Part shown: piece after piece, positions 11,301-22,750 of the stretch
Numbering within the stretch: the stretch's first letter is position 1
Layout of the letters: each line of letters opens with the position of its first letter
Assembly: GCA_963750165.1 (NCBI GenBank)
Contig: CAVVPN010000011.1
Coordinates: forward strand, 544,001-608,000
DNA: 64,000 bases
Direction of reading: 5' to 3'
Origin: an uncultured Gemmataceae bacterium
Lineage (GTDB): Bacteria; Planctomycetota; Planctomycetia; Gemmatales; Gemmataceae
The notes under the pieces: model-generated
Told to the model about the DNA's origin: nothing
Seen by the model: the letters and a program-made list of their open reading frames with translations, nothing else
Database searches by the model: none
Translations under genes and position numbers: made by a program

Positions 11301-14300
11301 GGCCGGCTCCAGCCGCTCATACGGCGTGTCCAGCGACAGCCCGAGGTGCTGGGCGAGGGCGGCGGCGAAGCGCAGGAAGGTGGTGTCCTCACTCAACGAC
11401 GGCCAGGCGGCAATGGCCCCGTCGCGCAGCGAGCGTTGCGGGTCGCGCAGCAGCGCCGCGGGGTTGGCGCCCTTCTGCACGCCAAGGCCCTCACAGGTCG
11501 GGCACCAACCGAGGGCGTTGTTGAACGAGAAATGGTGCGGGCTCAGCGGCTCGAAGCTGCGGCCGCAACGGTCGCAGGCGAAATGCTGGCTGAAGCGCTC
11601 AACCTTCCACTGTGACTCCTCGCGGTTGTTGTCCACGTGGGCGACGTGCATCACGCCCTTGCCGAGGTCCAGCGCCGCCTCGACCGCATCGGCGAGCCGG
11701 CTGCGCTGGCTGTGGCGGACGATGATGCGGTCCACGACGACCTCGACCTGGTGCTTGCGGCGGTGGTCGATGGCCGGCGGCTCCTCGACGTTGTACGACT
11801 TGCCGTCCACGCGCATGCGCAGGAAACCGGTGCGACGGATCTCGTCCCACAGCGCCTCATACGAGCCCTGGCCCTTACGCTCGACCGGTGCCAGCAGGTA
11901 GAGCCGTGTGCCTTCCGGCAGTGACATGATCTTGTCAATGATCTCGTCGGCGGTCTGGGTGCCGATGGGCGTCTGGCAGGCGGGGCAGTGTGGCTGGCCG
12001 AGCCGCGCAAACAGAATGCGCAGGTAGTCGTAGATTTCAGTGACGGTGCCGACGGTCGAACGTGGGCTCTTGCTGGTGGTCTTCTGTTCGATGCTGATGG
12101 CCGGTGACAGGCCGCTGACGTGTTCGACGCGCGGCTTTTGCAGCTGGCCCAAAAACTGGCGAGCGTAGCTGGACAGCGACTCGACGTAGCGGCGCTGGCC
12201 TTCCGCGTAAATGGTGTCCATCGCCAGCGACGACTTGCCGGAACCGCTGGGACCGCAGCAAACGCTCATCTGCTCGCGCGGCAGCGTGACGTTGACGTTC
12301 TTAAGGTTATGTTGCTGCGCCCCCTGAACGGTCAGATGGGTGATGATTTCCCCGCCTTCCTTCCCATTCCGCCGAGCTTTTCCCTTCGTTGCAACTTGCT
12401 TCGCGTTTCGCGGCGCCAGCGGCCCGGTCAGCAGTGCTTGCCCCGTGTGGGAACGCTCACACTTCGCCACGTCTTCGGGTGTGCCGACACAGACGACCTC
12501 TCCGCCACCGCTGCCGCCCTCTGGCCCGAGGTCGATGACCCAATCGGCGGTTTTGATCACGTCCAGGTTGTGCTCGATGACCACGACTGTATTGCCGCCC
12601 GCGACGAAGCTGTGCAGCACCTGCAACAGCTTGTGAATGTCCTCGAAATGCAGCCCGGTCGTCGGTTCGTCGAGGATGTACAGCGTGCGCCCGGTGCTGC
12701 GCCGGCACAGTTCGCGGGCCAGCTTGATGCGCTGCGCCTCGCCGCCGGACAGGGTAGGGGAGGGCTGCCCGAGTTTGAGGTAATCCAGGCCCACGTCGTG
12801 CAGCGTTTGCAGCATGGCCCGGACCCGTGGCACGTTCGTGAAATGCTCCAGCGCCTCCTGCACGTCCATCTCCAGCACGTCATGAATGTTCTTGTCCTTG
12901 AAGCGGATTTGCAGTGTCTCGCGGTTGAAGCGGCGGCCCTCGCATACCGGACACGTCACCCACACATCCGCGAGAAAGTCCATCTCCAGCCGGTTGGAGC
13001 CGTTGCCCTCGCACGCCTCGCAGCGGCCACCGGGACGGTTGAAACTGAAGCGCCCCGGTTTGTAACCGCGGATTTTGGCCTCCGCCATCAGCGCGTACAG
13101 CGACCGGATCTCGTCGAAGACCTTGATGTAGGTGGCCGGGTTGGAACGCGGTGTGCGGCCAATGGGGGACTGGTCGATGTCAATCACCTTGTCGATGTGC
13201 TCAGCCCCGACAATGCGATCGTGTGCCCCGACCTGTCGGCCGCGGCTCGACCCGACTTCTTCCTCATCTTCGTCAGCGCCGGCGCTGACGCCGAAGCCCT
13301 GAAGCAAGCCTTCCTTCAAGATGTCATTGATGAGCGACGACTTGCCCGAGCCGCTGACTCCCGTCACGCACACGAACTGACCCAAGGGAATATCGACCGT
13401 GACGTTTTTCAGGTTGTTGTGCCGCGCCCCGACGATTTGCAATTTGCGCTCGGTCTGCGGCCGGCGCTGCTCCGGAATGGCGATCTGCTTGCGGCCGCTC
13501 AGGTACTGGGCCGTCAGGCTCGTCTTGTGGCCGAGCACGTCCGCGTAGGAGCCCGCGGCCACCACCTCGCCGCCGCGCACCCCCGGACCGGGGCCGAAGT
13601 CCACGAGGTAGTCCGCGGCGCGCATCGTGTCCTCGTCGTGCTCCACGACGACCACGGTGTTGCCCATGTCGCGCAGCCGCTCCAGGCTGCGTAGCAGCCG
13701 CTCATTGTCACGCGGGTGCAGACCAATGCTCGGCTCGTCGAGGATGTAGAGCACGCCCACCAGGCCACAGCCGATCTGGCCCGCCAGGCGGATGCGCTGG
13801 GCCTCACCGCCGCTCAGTGTCGGGGCGGTGCGGTCGAGCGTCAAATAATGTAGGCCGACGTTGAGCAGGAAGCCGAGACGGCCGCGAATCTCCTTCAGCA
13901 CCTCCCCGGCGATGACGCCCTGCGTCGGCGTCAGCGTTTGCTTCAAGGTGCCGCGCTCCGGATCGAACCACAGGGCCAGGTCGCCGATGGGCATGGCCTC
14001 CAGTTCGATCAGCGTTTTGCCAGCGACGCGGCAGGCGCGGGCCTGCGGGTTGAGGCGCTGGCCCTGGCAGCTCGGGCAGCGCAGCACACGCATGTACTTT
14101 TCCAGCTGCATCCGCCGTGGCCCGGCAGCGGTCTTCTTGAAACTGCTGAGCAGCTGCGGGATGACGCCCTCCCACTTGCCGCCGTGCTTCCAGACGAAGC
14201 CGCCGCGTTTCTTCCACTCGAACGTGATGTGCCGGTCGCCGGTGCCGTGCAGCAGGGCGTCCTGGTGCTCCCGCGGCAGTTGCGCCCACGGCTTTTTCAG

Positions 14301-15341
14301 GTCGATGCCGAGCGTGGCGGCGACGCCCTCGAAAATGTGCCGTCGCCACCGGCCCATGCCGCGCAACGGGCCGACCAGCGGAATCGCGCCGTCAAAGAAG
14401 CTCACGTACGGATCGGGGATGAGCAGGTCCGGGGCGAAGGTGTACTGTGCGCCGAGGCCGTCGCAATCGGGGCACATGCCGTGCGGGCTGTTGAAGCTGA
14501 ACAGCTGCGGGCTCGGCGGCTCATAACTGCGGTCGCAGTGCGTGCAGGCGTAGTGCGCCGACAGCAGCAAGTCCTCTGTTGCCGGTTCCTCCGCTTCCTG
14601 CTTGGCCGCGGGCTCTGCCGCGCGCTCGACGGCGATGATGATGGCGCCTTCCGCAAGGTTGAGCGCCTGATCGACCGCCTCGGCCAGCCGCGGCCGCACC
14701 TTGCTGTCGCTCTTCAATCGGTCGATAACCACTTCGATGTGATGCTTGATGCGCTTGTCGAGTTTCAGGTCGTCGGTCAGGCGCACGACCTGGCCGTCCA
14801 CGCGCGCCCGCATGAAGCCGCGGCGCAGCAGGTCTTCAAACAGGTCTTTGTACTCGCCTTTCTGGCCGCGGATGACCGGCGCCAGCACCAGAAAGCGCGA
14901 GCCCTCGGGCAGCGCCAGGATGCGCGCGATGATCTGCTCGCGCGACTGGGCGGTGATGGGCCGGCCGCACTGCGGGCAGTGGCCCTGGCCGATGCGCGCG
15001 AACAGCACGCGCAGGTAATCGTGAATCTCGGTGATGGTGCCGACCGTCGAGCGTGGGTTGCGGCCGGCCGTCTTCTGCTGGATGCTGATGGCCGGCGACA
15101 GGCCCGCGAGGTAATCGACATCGGGTTTTTGCAGCTGGCCTAAAAATTGGCGGGCGTAGCTGGACAGCGACTCGACGTAACGGCGCTGGCCCTCCGCGTA
15201 GAGCGTGTCGAAAGCCAGCGATGATTTACCGGAGCCGCTAACGCCGGTGAAGACGACGAGCCGGTTGCGCGGCAGGTCGAGATCGACGTTGCGGAGGTTG
15301 TGTTCGCGGGCGCCGCGGATGACGATCGTTTGGTTATCCAT
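8373..15341 (-). CDS. uvrA: Excinuclease ABC subunit A, tandemly fused double UvrA with a ~350-aa C-terminal extension
   Basis: Four Walker A motifs (GVSGSGKSS x3, GPSGSGKSS), four LSGGE signatures, zinc fingers and two [20 protein letters not shown] blocks. Confidence 0.95.
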   Translation of the reverse strand: MDNQTIVIRGAREHNLRNVDLDLPRNRLVVFTGVSGSGKSSLAFDTLYAEGQRRYVESLSSYARQFLGQLQKPDVDYLAGLSPAISIQQKTAGRNPRSTVGTITEIHDYLRVLFARIGQGHCPQCGRPITAQSREQIIARILALPEGSRFLVLAPVIRGQKGEYKDLFEDLLRRGFMRARVDGQVVRLTDDLKLDKRIKHHIEVVIDRLKSDSKVRPRLAEAVDQALNLAEGAIIIAVERAAEPAAKQEAEEPATEDLLLSAHYACTHCDRSYEPPSPQLFSFNSPHGMCPDCDGLGAQYTFAPDLLIPDPYVSFFDGAIPLVGPLRGMGRWRRHIFEGVAATLGIDLKKPWAQLPREHQDALLHGTGDRHITFEWKKRGGFVWKHGGKWEGVIPQLLSSFKKTAAGPRRMQLEKYMRVLRCPSCQGQRLNPQARACRVAGKTLIELEAMPIGDLALWFDPERGTLKQTLTPTQGVIAGEVLKEIRGRLGFLLNVGLHYLTLDRTAPTLSGGEAQRIRLAGQIGCGLVGVLYILDEPSIGLHPRDNERLLRSLERLRDMGNTVVVVEHDEDTMRAADYLVDFGPGPGVRGGEVVAAGSYADVLGHKTSLTAQYLSGRKQIAIPEQRRPQTERKLQIVGARHNNLKNVTVDIPLGQFVCVTGVSGSGKSSLINDILKEGLLQGFGVSAGADEDEEEVGSSRGRQVGAHDRIVGAEHIDKVIDIDQSPIGRTPRSNPATYIKVFDEIRSLYALMAEAKIRGYKPGRFSFNRPGGRCEACEGNGSNRLEMDFLADVWVTCPVCEGRRFNRETLQIRFKDKNIHDVLEMDVQEALEHFTNVPRVRAMLQTLHDVGLDYLKLGQPSPTLSGGEAQRIKLARELCRRSTGRTLYILDEPTTGLHFEDIHKLLQVLHSFVAGGNTVVVIEHNLDVIKTADWVIDLGPEGGSGGGEVVCVGTPEDVAKCERSHTGQALLTGPLAPRNAKQVATKGKARRNGKEGGEIITHLTVQGAQQHNLKNVNVTLPREQMSVCCGPSGSGKSSLAMDTIYAEGQRRYVESLSSYARQFLGQLQKPRVEHVSGLSPAISIEQKTTSKSPRSTVGTVTEIYDYLRILFARLGQPHCPACQTPIGTQTADEIIDKIMSLPEGTRLYLLAPVERKGQGSYEALWDEIRRTGFLRMRVDGKSYNVEEPPAIDHRRKHQVEVVVDRIIVRHSQRSRLADAVEAALDLGKGVMHVAHVDNNREESQWKVERFSQHFACDRCGRSFEPLSPHHFSFNNALGWCPTCEGLGVQKGANPAALLRDPQRSLRDGAIAAWPSLSEDTTFLRFAAALAQHLGLSLDTPYERLEPAQQRAILHGTGEAWIALDPAAASQGRPTVKFQYKGLLPAVDEASRVSFVYRSQLDQVVSEVPCSACQGSRLRDDAAACRFQGQTLGQLCDLPLGQTLQLFKALKLSKEQRQVAGELLREITNRTQFLVDVGLDYLTLSRPTPTLSGGESQRIRLASQIGSGLTGVLYVLDEPTIGLHPRDNRRLLKALTHLRDLGNTLLLVEHDREVIAAADYLLDFGPGAGDQGGEITAAGTPKQVQRARASLTGQYLSGKKAIPVPTNRRILATEDTERKTKGDKTNSSSSSVPSVSSVANSLIVKGARQNNLKDIDVAFPLGSFIAVTGVSGSGKSSLVHEILYSSLARKLHRARTLVGAHDAILGLEKIDKVINVDQDPIGNSPSSNPATYTGVFDLIRQLFAQLPESKVRGYQAKRFSFNAPGGRCEACEGNGQKKIEMHFLPDVWVECDICQGQRYNPETLLVRYKGKTIADVLTMRVREALELFGNIPKIRRVLQTLADVGLDYLALGQAAPTLSGGEAQRVKLAAELARPNTGRTVYLLDEPTTGLHFDDIRKLLDVLNRLVDLGNTVIVVEHNLDVIKTADWLIDLGPEAGAAGGRIVAEGTPETVAQVAASHTGVILAEILQAGPHQERVKFDPHRAAAERQDDVPLEAVGKDAKMPWETDGRRWHTELRVTSDGKPARWEGQLIDWIDQQVHALGTFSATNWNHRTVIEIAAAQKTQGWFLHAMTGREWLVRLVFRVGKNGFKQDELNSSLGIPPLNDTPGLEVYGSEPRVQVANRRGPWQEVAVLVHRLSEIDTPAFKQFLKEAVQKFNDNLKRLRTKPEDVMPWKVNGERWHLGDKGFPPGRKVYWDRGVLASLLQVLREVEPGLTVRWETRDSITIKVPGVGRSWAQWRTKDPHSLDCRFLGKRGQFNLSAVDKLGVGPEIKPHSQGDLLRLRFQHQEQVQGVKLKQLLAEHLRGFREVFGGEVEEPLSDAS
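10426..10514. repeat. Palindromic element inserted in frame in uvrA
   Basis: Perfect 21-bp arms ttagccacagaggacacagag / ctctgtgtcctctgtggctaa around an AT-rich spacer. Confidence 0.85.
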
Positions 15342-15349
15342 AACGCTGT

Positions 15350-15916
15350 TCAATCCTCAAAGAAGGCCCGCACGGGGCAGCGGAATCCGGCCAACACTTC
15401 GTCGTCTGTCAGTTCCTGGTCCTCGGTCAGCAGGAAGCATTCATTGATTTTGCAGAAGACGTAGACGGTGCGCGTCTCCGGGAAGACAAGCCACCACTGG
15501 CGCGTGCCCGCGCGGAAAAAGTCCAGCCGCTTCACTTCCAGGGCCAACGCCTCGTCGCTGGGGGATACCACCTCAATGGCCAGGTCCGGGGCGATCCGGC
15601 AGTGGCCCGGCGGATTGCCACCTTTCGGCAGCCGCGCCCGGGCGATGAAGCTCACGTCCGCGTAACGGACCTTGTTGGCCTCGGGGAAAATCTGAAAGCC
15701 CAGATCGGGGGTAAACACTCTCCCCAATTTATTAGTGTGCGCGTGGAGTCCGATGACCCTGAGAATATTGGCGGCCACCTCGCAGGAATCCATGCCCATG
15801 TTGCGCTCCACCAAGTGGCCATCGATCAATTCCCAGCGATGTCCACCATCCTCCAGCAGTTCTTCCGGCGTGTGCGTTGTCGCGCCGGTTCCCTCTGTGG
15901 TTTGCTCCTCCAGCAT
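15350..15916 (-). CDS. Uma2/DUF820 family putative endonuclease
   Basis: WELIDGHLVE, RYADVSF and APDLAIEVVSPSD. AAGGAGG RBS. Confidence 0.9.
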   Translation of the reverse strand: MLEEQTTEGTGATTHTPEELLEDGGHRWELIDGHLVERNMGMDSCEVAANILRVIGLHAHTNKLGRVFTPDLGFQIFPEANKVRYADVSFIARARLPKGGNPPGHCRIAPDLAIEVVSPSDEALALEVKRLDFFRAGTRQWWLVFPETRTVYVFCKINECFLLTEDQELTDDEVLAGFRCPVRAFFED

Positions 15917-15935
15917 GGTCGCCCTCCTTTCGGCT

Positions 15936-16613
15936 TCAAATCCCAATCAGCCCGCGCACCGTCGGCACCGACACCTGCTCCAGCGTCGGCACCACCAGGT
16001 CCGCCCCCGCGGCGCGAAGCCGATCCTCCGCGTGATGGCCGACGAACGTCACCGCGATGCAGCGCATGCCCGCCGCCTTCGCCGCCTCCACGCCGGCCAC
16101 CGCGTCCTCCAGCACCAGCGACCGCGCCGGCGGTACGCCCAACTTCTGCGCCGCCACCAGGAACACTTCCGGGTCCGGCTTGCCACGCTGGGTGTCTTCC
16201 ATTGCTACAATGGCTTCCAGGTAGGGCGTGATGCCGGTTAGTTGTAGAATCAGGTCGAGGTTGCCGCGCGGAGCGCTGGAGCCAATCGCCTGCCGGAAGC
16301 CGGCCGCGTGCAGCGCCTCAAGCAGCGGCCGCACCCCCGGCAACAGCTCCACCCCTTGCTGGGCCGCCGCGCGGTAGAAATGCTCCTTGCGCTCGCCCAG
16401 GTCCGCTACCTCCGATTCGGTCAGGTGTTCGCCGAACAGGTAGCGCAGGATTTCCGGATTGCGACGGCCGAAGGTGGCGGCGAAGTCGGCGCGGGTGAAG
16501 GGGCGGTCCAGTTCCTGGGCCAGGCGGACCCAGGCGGCGAAGTGCAGGTCGGCCGTGTCCACCAGGGTGCCGTCCATGTCCCACACGACCGCTCCAGGAG
16601 GCGTCAGTGCCAT
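15936..16613 (-). CDS. HAD-family phosphatase (beta-phosphoglucomutase-like)
   Basis: WDMDGTLVD motif I, GKPDP and LEDAVAG. Confidence 0.9.
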   Translation of the reverse strand: MALTPPGAVVWDMDGTLVDTADLHFAAWVRLAQELDRPFTRADFAATFGRRNPEILRYLFGEHLTESEVADLGERKEHFYRAAAQQGVELLPGVRPLLEALHAAGFRQAIGSSAPRGNLDLILQLTGITPYLEAIVAMEDTQRGKPDPEVFLVAAQKLGVPPARSLVLEDAVAGVEAAKAAGMRCIAVTFVGHHAEDRLRAAGADLVVPTLEQVSVPTVRGLIGI

Positions 16614-16938
16614 CGGTGTCCTTTCGCGTTGACGGGAAGTGCGCCCGGCATTCCGGGATTCTTCCCTTTCTCTACGGTTGTCATGTATGTTTGGACAGCT
16701 AGGTTTATTATACCGCGGCGAGCCAGATACACGAGGCCAGCCGCGACGACGGTTCCGATCAACCCCAATACAACGCTCCATCTTCCGAGATTGCGCATCG
16801 GGTCAGAGTGCCGCCGAATTCCGCACGGCGGTTCTCCGGCGCGAAAACCAGGAAGGTTTTGACAACGCACTCCGGGTTTGGCATCATAAACAGCAGTATC
16901 GGTGAAGGTTACGAAAACGCCCGTCGGCAGCCGTTTTG

Positions 16939-16967
16939 GGAACTATTGCCGAGACCCCTACGTCAAA
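16939..16967 (+). promoter_or_regulatory. Putative ECF-sigma autoregulatory promoter
   Basis: GGAACT-N17-GTCAAA, ending 15 nt before the ECF sigma start codon. Confidence 0.6.
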
Positions 16968-16982
16968 GAGTGTAAGAACGCC

Positions 16983-17564
16983 GTGAGCGCCGACGACCAC
17001 CGGTTGATAGCGGACTGCTTGCGAGGCCAAACAGAGGCTTTCGGCGAGTTGGTCCGCACCTACCAGGACCGTCTGTACAACACGGTGTATCGGCTGCTGG
17101 ACAATGCGGAAGATGCCCAGGACGTGGTGCAGGACGCCTTCCTGAATGCGTACCAGTCCCTGGACAACTTCAAGGGAGACTCGCTGTTCTTCACCTGGCT
17201 GTACCGCATTGCCATCAACACCGCCATCAGTTTCAAGCGCAAGCAGCGGGCGGTGGTCAGCATGAACGCGGCGGGCGAACACGGGCCGGCCCTGGACCCG
17301 ATGGACCCGTCCGAGTTCAGCCAGCCGGGACACGCTCTGGAACAGCGTGAAGAGGAGCGCCGGATTCAGGCTGCCTTGAACCGACTCTCCCCCGAGCACC
17401 GGATGGTGCTCATCATGAAGGACATGGAAGGCCAGAAGTACGAGACCATGGCCGAGGTGCTGGGCGTGCCAATTGGCACCATCCGCAGTCGGCTTCATCG
17501 CGCCCGCATGGAACTCCGTGAGATATTGCAACAGGACGAAGAGGCCCAGCCCCGCGGGCCGTGA
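16983..17564 (+). CDS. ECF RNA polymerase sigma factor (RpoE/SigW-like)
   Basis: AEDAQDVVQDAF, FFTWLYRIAIN and GTIRSRLHRAR region 2/4 motifs. Confidence 0.92.
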   Translation: MSADDHRLIADCLRGQTEAFGELVRTYQDRLYNTVYRLLDNAEDAQDVVQDAFLNAYQSLDNFKGDSLFFTWLYRIAINTAISFKRKQRAVVSMNAAGEHGPALDPMDPSEFSQPGHALEQREEERRIQAALNRLSPEHRMVLIMKDMEGQKYETMAEVLGVPIGTIRSRLHRARMELREILQQDEEAQPRGP

Positions 17565-17671
17565 CCCCTCGGGACTGTGGAAGCGTTGTCGCATTTTGAA
17601 GGGCAGCTGGATCCGTCCCATCCGGGCATCCGCGGTGGACGCCCGGCGGAACCGCGATCCCTGAGACCGCC

Positions 17672-18838
17672 ATGCTTTCGGAACGCCAGTGCGAACTGAT
17701 CTCGGCTTTCCTGGACGGTGAGGTGACTCCCCGCCAGCGCCAGGTCGTTCTCCGGCTGCTGCGCCAGTCGAGCGAGGCTCGCGCTCTGCTGCAGCGGCTC
17801 CAGGAGAACGCCTTCTCGCTTCACCAACTGTCCCCCCGTAAACTGCCGGATGACTTCGCGCAAAAAGTGCTCGGCGTCATCCAGGCGCGCGGCCTGCAAC
17901 CCGCGCAGCCGGCCACGCTGCCATTCCGCCCGAAGTCCATCCCGGCCTGGCTGGGCACCGCCGCGGCTGCCGCCGTGCTCCTGCTGGTGGCCGCCGGTTC
18001 CTACATCTTCTTCACCGAACTGACCGGCAGCCCCAACCCGCCGGATGACGGCTTCGTCCAACAGCCGGCGGACGAACGGCCCCAGCCCGCGCCGCCCGAG
18101 AAACTGCCGGAGCCCAAACCGGAACCGCCGCCGCTGGCCACGAAATTGGCCCTGGGGGCGCTGGCCCAGTTCGCCGAGCCGATTGAAATCAAGCTCACCT
18201 GGGAGCACGTCGGCAAACCGGAGGCGAAGACCCGGGTGGTGCAGGAGTTGAAGCAGGACACGTCCTATCATGTCAAGGTGTCCGTGCCGCACCACGGCCG
18301 GGCGCTGGCATCGCTGAAGACGGCCATGGAGCGGCGCGGCATCAAGGTCTTCACGGACCCCGCCGCCGACAAAATCATCAAGAATCGGCAGCCGCACCCG
18401 AAAACCACCTTCGTGCTCTACACGGAAAACCTGGAACCGGAAGAGGTGGCTGGCCTGCTCGAGCATCTCGGCAAGGACAAGAACATCGCGCCGGTCACTG
18501 CGAAGAATCGTGGCGGCTTGCTGCTCGCGCCGATGGACACCGACCAGCGCAAGGAGATGTCCAGGCTCCTCGGCTTGAAGGGCAAACAGCAGCTGGAAAA
18601 ACCGGTCCAGGGGCGATTGCTGGATTTGCCGATGGCGGTGCTCAACGATCAGAAGCTCGTGAAGACGAACTCCAAAACCGCGCAGCCCGCCCGGGAGCGC
18701 TTTGCCGTGGTGCTGGCGGTCACTCCGGGGGCCGCGTTCAATCCCGCCGCCAACCCCGCCATCCGGGATTTCTTGAACCGCCGCAAGCACGCGGCGCCGG
18801 GCAACTTGCAGGTGATGGTCGTGCTCGACGCGGTGTGA
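17672..18838 (+). CDS. Putative membrane anti-sigma factor
   Basis: N-terminal ELISAFLDGEV anti-sigma pattern, one TM helix and a Pro-rich linker. Directly follows the ECF sigma gene. Confidence 0.75.
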   Translation: MLSERQCELISAFLDGEVTPRQRQVVLRLLRQSSEARALLQRLQENAFSLHQLSPRKLPDDFAQKVLGVIQARGLQPAQPATLPFRPKSIPAWLGTAAAAAVLLLVAAGSYIFFTELTGSPNPPDDGFVQQPADERPQPAPPEKLPEPKPEPPPLATKLALGALAQFAEPIEIKLTWEHVGKPEAKTRVVQELKQDTSYHVKVSVPHHGRALASLKTAMERRGIKVFTDPAADKIIKNRQPHPKTTFVLYTENLEPEEVAGLLEHLGKDKNIAPVTAKNRGGLLLAPMDTDQRKEMSRLLGLKGKQQLEKPVQGRLLDLPMAVLNDQKLVKTNSKTAQPARERFAVVLAVTPGAAFNPAANPAIRDFLNRRKHAAPGNLQVMVVLDAV

Positions 18839-18856
18839 CGAGATCGGGGTGGAAGC

Positions 18857-18906
18857 GAAAAAACCCCGCGCCGGCCTCTTCGGCTGGCGCGGGGTTGCGG
18901 TTTTCA
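18857..18906. terminator. Likely bidirectional intrinsic terminator
   Basis: aaaaaaccccgcgccggcc-tcttc-ggctggcgcggggtt between convergent genes. Confidence 0.7.
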
Positions 18907-18911
18907 CCGAC

Positions 18912-21442
18912 TCACCGGAACAGGCGATCAATTTCCCCATCGCTCAGGGTTTCGCAGCCCTCACCCGGGTCGATGACCAGGGCCTTGCCCGAGGGCGTCA
19001 CCCAGAGGACGCGGTTGCCCAGCTGGAACACCTCGGCCAGTTCCGGGTGCCGCTCCAGCATGCGGAAGTACGCCGCGCTCAGCGCCTTGACGGTGACGCG
19101 CTTCATTTCGGTCTTGAAGCCCTCGTCGGTCCAGACGCCGTTGACCTCACGACAGGAGCGGCCCGCCACCTGGCGCACCGTGGCGGCGGTCACCTGGCTC
19201 TGGGTGCGCAGCTCGTTCAGCTGGACCGACTGATCGACGCCGGCGCGGCCAGCCTGGGCGTAACCCTGGAAACCAAGGCCGCCGACCCCCGCCGGAATTC
19301 CTGTGGTCGGGGTTCCAAAGTCCACAGCGGCAATGCCTCCGGTGGCCAGCGGCTTATTCGGAACCGCCCACGTCATTTGCGGAGCGACCTGCACCGGGGC
19401 GAACTGAATTCTCCCTCCCGGCAGGGCAGGGGGGGCGGAGGACGGCAAGGAGCCGGTGCTGTTGATGTTGAAGCCCGGCGCGATCATGGAGGAACCGTTC
19501 GTCGTGTTACTCAGGTCGATCGTACCCTGTCCGTGAATGTTGTAGTTCTGATAAGTGCCGCCCGAGGGGGCCGCAGCGGTCGGTCCCGAAATGAACCGCA
19601 GCGTGTTGGTCTTGGTTGGCGGGGCGGCAGGCAGTGGCCGGTTCAGCGCCACACCCGGCGCAGCATCCGGCAGCACCAGGTAGCTGGTGTACGGTGTCGT
19701 AATGCCGTGCTTCTTCGCCAGCGCCACCACCTCGTCCTTCAACTCTGTCGTCTCGCCGTTGACGCGAATCTGGTCGAGCAGATAGCCGACCTTGCGCCGC
19801 GCCCACAAATCCTCCACGAACGCCTTGTCCTTGCCGGTCTGGCCAGGAAAGCGAGTTTCGTAGACGAATTCCTTGCTGTCGCCGTCCACGGTGCCGCTCA
19901 GGGTGATGGTCGCCGAACCCGTGCCTTTGAAGCGGCCGAGCACCACCAGCTGGCTGCCGTGGAACAGGTCCGGCAGCTGCGGCGGATAGATTTCGGAGAC
20001 CGAAGCCTGCCACATTTTTTTGACGTATGGCGAACTGCCGCCCTTGGGCGGCCCCCACGGCTGGCCCTTGACCGTCAGCTTCAGGTTCGTCAGCACCGGG
20101 TTGCTGATCTTGCTGTACAATCCGCTGACCTTGGCCTCGATGTCCTCGTGCTCGCGGACATAGGTGGACACGGAGCGCGTCTTCTCGGCCAGCTGGTCGA
20201 GGAGCACGGCGTTCACGTCGTCGCCGACGCCGAAGGTGAAGATGCGCGTGCTGGTGGTATTGCGGCCCATCACGTTCTTGACGATGGCCTCGGTGTTCGA
20301 TTCGCCGACGTTCGCCTGGCCATCGGTGAAGAACACCATTGTGAAGCAGCGGTGCGGATCCTGCGAACGCATGTCGAGCGCGGCGAGCAGGGCGTCGTTG
20401 ATGTTGGTGCCGCCGTTCGCCTGCAACTCCTCGACCCACTGACGGGCGTCGTTGAGGTTCTTCGGCGTGGCGCTGGTGAGGTTGTCGCGGTATTTGGTGA
20501 CGCTCGTGGCGAAGTGGAGGATGCCGAAACGGTCCTTCGGGCCGAGGTTACGCAGGCAGAATTGTAGCGCTTTCTTCGCCTGGTCGATGCGCTGCCCCTG
20601 CATGCTGCCGGAGGTGTCGAGCACAAACACCATGTCGCGCGGCACCTGCTGCGTGTGCGACAGCTCCGCCCGCGGCGAAATCAGCATCATGAAATGGCCA
20701 TCGCTGCCGGACTGCGGCCGGTGCATCAGCGTCGTCAGGCCGACATCCCTGTTGGCGGTCGTGTAGTAGAGCTGCAAATCCTTGTCGAGCCGGGTCTGAC
20801 CGCACTGGAAGTGGACGCGAGCGTGCCGGTCACTGACGCGCTCAACGGTGACCTTGTGCGACGGGCTGTAAATGTTCTGGATGGGGTGTTGCGCCTTGAT
20901 GGTGGCGTCGAACGAGAACTGCGCCAGCGTTTTCGCGGTGTTGGCGTCCGCCTTCAGCGGGTAGACGTACTCGACCAGGCCCGCGTCGCTGCTGGCGATG
21001 GACGTGAAGCTGATGGCCAGCTTCTGGTCGCCGTTGGCCGGCACCGGGAAGACGCGGACGCGCAGCAGGTTGTTGCCGAGGTACTCCAGCAGCCCCGGAT
21101 CCTTCATGCGGCGGACGACATCGGTGTAGACCTGCCGGGCCTGCTCGGCCTGCACCAGTTCGCCGGGCACTTCCTTGCCGTCCACCCACATGACGAACTT
21201 CTTGACGCTGGCGCCCTTGGGCACCGGGAAGACGTAATCGGCTTCGAGTTGCTGGCTGGTGTGGTTGTGGAAGGTCTGCACCACCTTGGTGACGGCAACC
21301 TGGTCCTCGACGGTGACGTTGACCTGATGGCGGACGAGCTGCAACGGCGTGACGCCCGGGTCGGTGGGCATCAGGTGGCCCTGGGCGCGGCGCTGCCGGC
21401 GCCGGCCAACAGGGCCAGCAGGACGGAGAGCATACGTCGCAT
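18912..21442 (-). CDS. Secreted VIT + vWA domain protein (inter-alpha-trypsin-inhibitor-like), frameshift near 21385
   Basis: Signal peptide MRRMLSVLLALLAGAGSA lies in an adjacent frame. VIT (QTFHN..LEADYVFP), vWA DTSGSM MIDAS, GGTNI, TDG and TPYTSYLV. Confidence 0.85.
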
Positions 21443-21612
21443 GAGCAATCCTTTCCTCGCGGAGACGTGGGGGTCAGGGATGTCGGTACGGGAAGGGGGT
21501 CGTGTCGAAATGCCGGCCGGGGGTGTACCGTGAGGGGTGCGGAAGTGCAAGGGCAAAAGCTCAGTGTCCCAGGGCCGTTCGCTTTTTCCTCCTGCCCGGA
21601 GAAGGAATTCAC

Positions 21613-21759
21613 CCGAGCCGTCCTGGCCGCGGGCGCAGGACGGTTCCCCCGGAAGCGGACTGGGCGGTATAATAAAGAAGGTGGCCAGGGATAGTTTCGT
21701 CTCGTTTCATTTCACAGACCCCCTGCCATCTCTGGGGGCTGCGCCCGCTCCCTACCCGC
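21613..21759 (+). repeat. Promoter-containing repeat family C, copy 2 (possible sRNA)
   Basis: TTCCCC-N17-TATAAT (21668-21673). Homologous to the reverse complement of 8135-8280. Confidence 0.75.
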
Positions 21760-21853
21760 AACCCCAAACCGTGCGCCGTCCGGAGAGTCCCAGCAAACGG
21801 GAAGGAAGCAGCGATCTACCCTGTTACCGCCTACGTATGACGATAGGCCGCTT

Positions 21854-22573
21854 CTAACTGAGGTACGCTGCCGCCGCAGCGCGACCGTAAGTTTGCTCCA
21901 GGTCCACGAACATCGCATCCTGCAGCGACAGTGATAACCGCATCCGCGGCAGCGGCGCGCCCACCGTCAAGGACCGGCGCCAGATGGCCAGGAACCGTCC
22001 GCCGTTGGGGGCGGGCTCTCCAACACGGTAACTGACGGCGCACGGCACCGGACAGGCCGGCTGCTCCACGCGCAGTTCCTCGGCGATCCGATCCGCGAAG
22101 GAAAAACGCAATGGTCGGCGGTGAACGTCCACGAGCAGTAGGTGGACGCCCTTGAGGAGGAAAGCGGCATAGGTGCTCGCATACGCGGCACACGCCGACG
22201 GCCGATCCTTGTTGCGTGGCGACACCAACTCGACAGCGGCGATGAGTCGGCCCTGATTCTCGACGAGCAGCGCCGGCTCGCCGGACAGCGTGCTGACGGC
22301 GATTTCCTGGTCCGGCTCCTCGTCAGGCTCGCCCGGCGCGGCGGTACTCGACTCGGCCTCTGACAATGACGACCCATTTCCCTGGGGCACGGCGCGCACC
22401 CCCACGTCGGGCCGCTCCTCTCCCGGGGCGCCGATCGCAAACGTGGGAGTCATGCCGATGTAGGCGCGATACCCGTCCGGCAAGCGCGGCTTGATCCAGT
22501 AAAGCAATTCCACGATCCATACTTGATGGACGCCCTCCCAACCAGAAAGCGTGGCCCAGTCGTGCAGCGGCAT
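21854..22573 (-). CDS. DUF4058 family protein
   Basis: MPLHDW...HQVWI start and IAAVELVSPRNKDRP motif, typical of this planctomycete-expanded family. Confidence 0.8.
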   Translation of the reverse strand: MPLHDWATLSGWEGVHQVWIVELLYWIKPRLPDGYRAYIGMTPTFAIGAPGEERPDVGVRAVPQGNGSSLSEAESSTAAPGEPDEEPDQEIAVSTLSGEPALLVENQGRLIAAVELVSPRNKDRPSACAAYASTYAAFLLKGVHLLLVDVHRRPLRFSFADRIAEELRVEQPACPVPCAVSYRVGEPAPNGGRFLAIWRRSLTVGAPLPRMRLSLSLQDAMFVDLEQTYGRAAAAAYLS

Positions 22574-22750
22574 GGCTCGTTTCCTTTCCGATGGCAGCTG
22601 AGGATCGGACTCTCACACGTCGAGTGCAACGCCCACTCGTGCCAGTATACCGAACGAGCGCGGGGAGGGGGCGCTTGACACGCCAGCCGCGACGTGTTAC
22701 CCCAGGATGTAACCCCGTGTTGCCACTGCCCCTTTCAGGAGAAGCCACCG

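Noticed and set aside
15342..16700. LexA/SOS box upstream of uvrA
   Set aside because: uvrA appears to be the last gene of an operon and I could not identify a convincing palindromic operator.
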